Shown in pieces: positions 61,101 through 64,000 of a DNA stretch of 64,000 bases. Position numbers and translations under genes: made by a program. The DNA lies in NCBI GenBank assembly GCA_021813145.1, contig JAKALS010000002.1, positions 35,595 to 99,594 on the forward strand. The letters run 5' to 3'. The notes under the pieces were generated by a model. The model worked only from the letters and a program-made list of their open reading frames with translations. It was not told the DNA's origin and did not search any database. Every line of letters begins with the position of its first letter. Position 1 is the stretch's first letter. This DNA is from a bacterium. GTDB lineage: Bacteria > Patescibacteriota > Microgenomatia > Levybacterales > UBA12049.

Positions 61101-63937
61101 AAACTCCCATCATTATGGCTAGTGTTATTTGTGATCGTCAGATTTGTTGAATTGTCAATATTTATTGCTGCATAGTCTCCACCATCTCCATGGTCATGAC
61201 CAAAGAAGCTATTGTCCTTAATGGTTAAATCATTACTTACGGCCGAGGCCATCCAGATACCCGCATCTTGTTTATAAACATCGCCCGATTCATCAAAAAA
61301 TTCATTTTTATCTACTGTCATTCCGCTGGATACATTTGTACTTGGCCCCTGAACATGTAAACCCTCATATAGGTTTTTAAAAATTGTGTTTGTAATATGA
61401 ACCCCTGAAGTTGCCACCCCAGCTGCAGCATTTATCCCCCAGGTTTGATTGCCGGGTGTCCCTGCGCCTTGAATATAAAATCCATCGATTGTTACATTAT
61501 TTGCTTTAATTGAAATAGCCGAATTTCCAACTCCACCGCTTTGTGCCGGAATTATTGACTCAGAAGAACTATTTCGTCCCCTTGCATCTATGCCTTCCTG
61601 AGCACCATTAAGAGTAAGCGATTTGTTAATAGTTATCGATTCCGTATAAGTTCCGGGTGCTACATCAACTGTTCCATCTGCAGAAACTCCATTTACACCA
61701 TCCTGAATTTTTGAAAACGCATTGATGCCGTAATATCGGTAAGTTCCATCAGAAGCCAGTACTTCCGGATAAGTATTAGAACCGGAACTAAGCGTGCTCC
61801 AGCTACCATCAACCGAGACGGTCGATGTGGCAAGCGAAAGCGGTTTGCCATTGAAAGTATTACCGGTTAACGTTACTGTCGATGCGCTTGGATTAGATTC
61901 GAGTCTAAGAGCCATGGAATCTGTACCGAGCTTGTGGTCAGTAAGCCCAGTGACAGTGTTGCCCGTTATGACCGCACCGGGAGTGTTGCTTTCAAGCCCA
62001 ATGGCATGTGCCCAAAGACCTTTAAGAGTTCCAATTGTATTATTAGCAATATTAAGGCCGGTTGTCTTGTGGTTAACAAGAACACCATATGCACCTGCTC
62101 CTCCTCCGTAAGACGACCCTCCAATCCAGCCTGCTGTTGAGGCATAAATGTTATTCATGGTATTATCTGAAATAGCCACATTTGATATCGTATTTGAACC
62201 GGTGGAATTACCGAGATAAACTCCTTTCGCACTACTTCCGGCGGATCCTGCATGCAACATACCGGTATTGCCAATATCAGAAATTGTATTGCCATTAATA
62301 GTTATATTAGTTACATCTGCAGAATTACTTATAATGCCAATAGCCTGGGCCGAACCACTTTTGAGTGATGTGCCAATATCATGAATTGTGTTATTTGTGA
62401 TGTGAAGATTACTATGATCGGTTGAAATGATACCAGATCCTGAATCCTGATTCTTAATATTCATGCCGTCTACCGTCACATTATCGCTTGAAATGGTGAT
62501 CTGACCGGTAAGATTAGCTCCGCTTACTCCCTGAAGAGTAATATTTTTTGAAATATTTGGATTTTCGGCATAATTTCCCGCGGCTACATTTACTGTCCCA
62601 CCGGAAGAAACAGCATTGATTCCATCTTGAATAGTAGCAAAGGCGTTAATCCCAAAAATCTTTCCTCCGCCCAAATCTGCCCCTGTAATATCTCCTGCCC
62701 AACTTGCATCAACATAAATTTCACTCATTCCCACAAATGCAATTGCATCGGCTGCAAGGTTACCGCTTGTTGAAGCCTCAACGGATAATGTAATTGTGTT
62801 GCCGGAAACTAAATTATATCTGCCTGAGTTTGGAAACCAACCCGACCAGGTTCCATTTGTCATGTCTGTAACACTTGCATTAGCGGGTTCCTTTTGATTT
62901 ACTCCCGTCAGATCAAACCCGATAATATTAGAGGAAGTGTAATGCGCATTTGTTGCATGATCATCCCAAATAACCCAACTTGGTAAAATAGCATATACTC
63001 CCGAATCACCGTTAAAAGTCCATGTTGCAACTTTTCCTGTTTGAGACGGGGATACCCAATGATGGTCTCCATCATAACCGGCACTTGTATAAACATTCCA
63101 TCCGTTATCACTATAACCCGCTCCCCCGTCATCTACTACGATAAAGATTGTAAAGTGGTTAAGTCCCGTTATTGTTACAACATTTCCCGTTGTCTGGTTT
63201 GCCTGGTTAACCCCTGAGGTTTTTAATCCGTCTACCGTTTCCGATGACTTTATTCCGAGGGTTTTACCTTGGGCGGTATCGGGTACGGGTAACGTTAGAT
63301 TATACTGGAATGTTCCGTCCGTCATATCGGATGATATGTTATAAGCGGTATCCGAAAGAGAACCCGTTGCTTTTTGTTGATCTGCAGTTAATTTAACTTC
63401 TGTAATTGTTAATTTTCCGGGGTTATCTGGTAGTTTTGTAAATGTTACCGTAACTTTGCTGTTTTGGGGAGCTTTATAAACCTGGTTTAAAGAAACTGTA
63501 CCTGTTGTTGTTTGTGAGCCATCGGGATTTTCCTGCCATTGAGGAGAATTTAAAGTAGCGCTTGGCTGAACATCTTTTGAAGGAGGAGAGAGATTGCCTG
63601 CGGGCGTAGGCGATGGGGTTATTGTATCAACCGGAGAAGCTATTGGTGTTGACTCAGGAGTAGCGGTAGGAACAGGTGTGTCGGTAGGCACGGGTGTAGA
63701 AATATCGGACGGACTTGCAGACGGTAAAACGGTAGGAGCCGGTGTTTGGCTAACTGCAGACGAAGAAGAAGGTGCGGGTGTCGGAGCGTCTGTCGGAGAA
63801 GGGCTTGCCGAAACTTGAGCAGTTTCTTGGGCGAATGCTTTTTGAGTGTTTATAAGCGCTAGAGGACTAAGCGCTTGGACAAGGAGTGCGTATAGAGCAA
63901 TCAGGGAAATGAGCTTTTTCCCAATTTTTTTGAGCAT
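58148..63937 (-). CDS. Giant (1929 aa) modular surface protein: S/T/P linker, golvesin/CBM-like module, two beta-helix blocks, Ig-like repeats, FN3, VLG motifs, C-terminal TM
   Basis: Signal peptide KAFA; duplicated VD..W...GINAFxxIQDGxNxV..GTVxVAxGxYxE beta-helix caps; DxTAP Ig boundaries; YYTTDGTNP; TM + RKYLRRQ. Confidence 0.82.
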   Translation of the reverse strand: MLKKIGKKLISLIALYALLVQALSPLALINTQKAFAQETAQVSASPSPTDAPTPAPSSSSAVSQTPAPTVLPSASPSDISTPVPTDTPVPTATPESTPIASPVDTITPSPTPAGNLSPPSKDVQPSATLNSPQWQENPDGSQTTTGTVSLNQVYKAPQNSKVTVTFTKLPDNPGKLTITEVKLTADQQKATGSLSDTAYNISSDMTDGTFQYNLTLPVPDTAQGKTLGIKSSETVDGLKTSGVNQANQTTGNVVTITGLNHFTIFIVVDDGGAGYSDNGWNVYTSAGYDGDHHWVSPSQTGKVATWTFNGDSGVYAILPSWVIWDDHATNAHYTSSNIIGFDLTGVNQKEPANASVTDMTNGTWSGWFPNSGRYNLVSGNTITLSVEASTSGNLAADAIAFVGMSEIYVDASWAGDITGADLGGGKIFGINAFATIQDGINAVSSGGTVNVAAGNYAENPNISKNITLQGVSGANLTGQITISSDNVTVDGMNIKNQDSGSGIISTDHSNLHITNNTIHDIGTSLKSGSAQAIGIISNSADVTNITINGNTISDIGNTGMLHAGSAGSSAKGVYLGNSTGSNTISNVAISDNTMNNIYASTAGWIGGSSYGGGAGAYGVLVNHKTTGLNIANNTIGTLKGLWAHAIGLESNTPGAVITGNTVTGLTDHKLGTDSMALRLESNPSASTVTLTGNTFNGKPLSLATSTVSVDGSWSTLSSGSNTYPEVLASDGTYRYYGINAFSKIQDGVNGVSADGTVDVAPGTYTESITINKSLTLNGAQEGIDARGRNSSSESIIPAQSGGVGNSAISIKANNVTIDGFYIQGAGTPGNQTWGINAAAGVATSGVHITNTIFKNLYEGLHVQGPSTNVSSGMTVDKNEFFDESGDVYKQDAGIWMASAVSNDLTIKDNSFFGHDHGDGGDYAAINIDNSTNLTITNNTSHNDGSFVVLVNNTTVNVSENTSTNTGSGFNQSSTIFVGLGNNGVTIQNNNLDNGYRGVRLSNDFGTGLNQNIQVLNNIITNMANAGILVPVNTISDQVVVNRNQITGNPIGVQNDNSNPLVKATCNWWGSATGPGPVGPGSGDKVSTNVDFSTWLTTPDLNGLCNGPDTTKPTVSFTLPTPANNAYVNSNFDVGYTASDNVALKSVNVSFYDTDSSHSNHWVATCYNNSNESGTSDSGICKVHLPSNLSDGKYYVQVGAQDMALNWSVNAIRTIYVDRTAPTATIDGVAPKALYNGSTNINVHAIDTNYLQTELYREGESSPFKIYTGEWFGLFWLADDSYRMVVVDKAGNSTEYKFTIDKTAPNVPTLVSPANGAFVKPGGLILDWSDVTDPSLPVTYYYQSSYSSAVGAGNGFVSPIYNKNTGTASQIDASGSSDHLYYWQVRACDSVGNCSNWSGPWAVNIDSTAPAVPTGIYFKDTVNNKDVACGGITSARNFDVYWNANTEADFDHYEYVSFNADGSVGPIRTFTTPYFNASWWTVPVQGTYGVQVRAVDKAGNKSAWFGGSEGINNSCTYTVDWTAPSAPTITSPSNGDYFNSIPITANWTAVTDTSGIAKYQVGYVYDDHHTFSGSTCSDLPNGGCRDVAGNVTSRGHVPGLNEQGGVTIYVRAVDNAGNVGAWSAPVHYVYDATAPALTANPLPGDQPDNPTNVALIATDNLSGVKDVYYTTDGTNPATSATKVLYSSPIVVDRDLTINAIAYDNAGNSTTFSGVYNVPPIISDQKIVRTGDNSVLITWATNFPATSRVVYDTVSHPTLGSAPNYGYAYSTVEDTNKVTSHSVTVNGLTVNQDYYYRTISAGSPEAVGNETAFSTYYIFGLPGDGRSDGGSSGGGGAPSAGPSVLAANTIQGVLGANTSENAEPTLQETAPGQEVLGAATESAKPSSTPTPSQKPALLTKGISMASIGWAFVVLLFVLLSGILLRKYLRRQ

Positions 63938-64000
63938 AAATTAACTCTGCAAAATCACAAAAGCAATTTTGATTAGCCCGATAGTAATACTTTATGTTAA

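Overview
Compact, AT-rich bacterial chromosome segment using genetic code 11. Gene content and style (short HolA/AtpH, PGI/PMI, MurT-GatD, leaderless-looking genes, GT-C-rich glycan locus, 'VLG' surface proteins) suggest a Patescibacteria/CPR genome, probably Microgenomates; this taxonomy is an inference. 1-33.5 kb is housekeeping: YkuK RNase H-like, holA, PMM, PGI/PMI, ppsA, eno, rsmI, dedA, lexA/uvrB, rplS, pyrG, three tRNAs, LysM, polX, lemA-htpX-murT-gatD-gatCAB-GGDEF-dnaE and a full F1Fo atp operon. 33.6-51.7 kb is a surface-glycan locus (Wzy/ligase-like, Wzx, GT2/GT4, several GT-C and GT2-GT-C fusions, sugar C-methyltransferase). 51.7-64 kb is a minus-strand cluster of secreted/surface proteins around a sortase and is the most notable region. 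Four consecutive secreted proteins share an Asn-rich 'NTGxN...TGxAxS...NxVNxN' repeat: a small two-repeat protein with signals of high expression, a four-repeat membrane-anchored protein, and two proteins with only a half-repeat at the mature N-terminus. This looks like a candidate fibre/amyloid-like surface assembly system. Four surface proteins also share a 'VLG' motif ahead of C-terminal membrane anchors, a candidate sorting or processing signal. No CRISPR, rRNA or mobile element was seen. All family calls are by motif recognition; no database searches were run.
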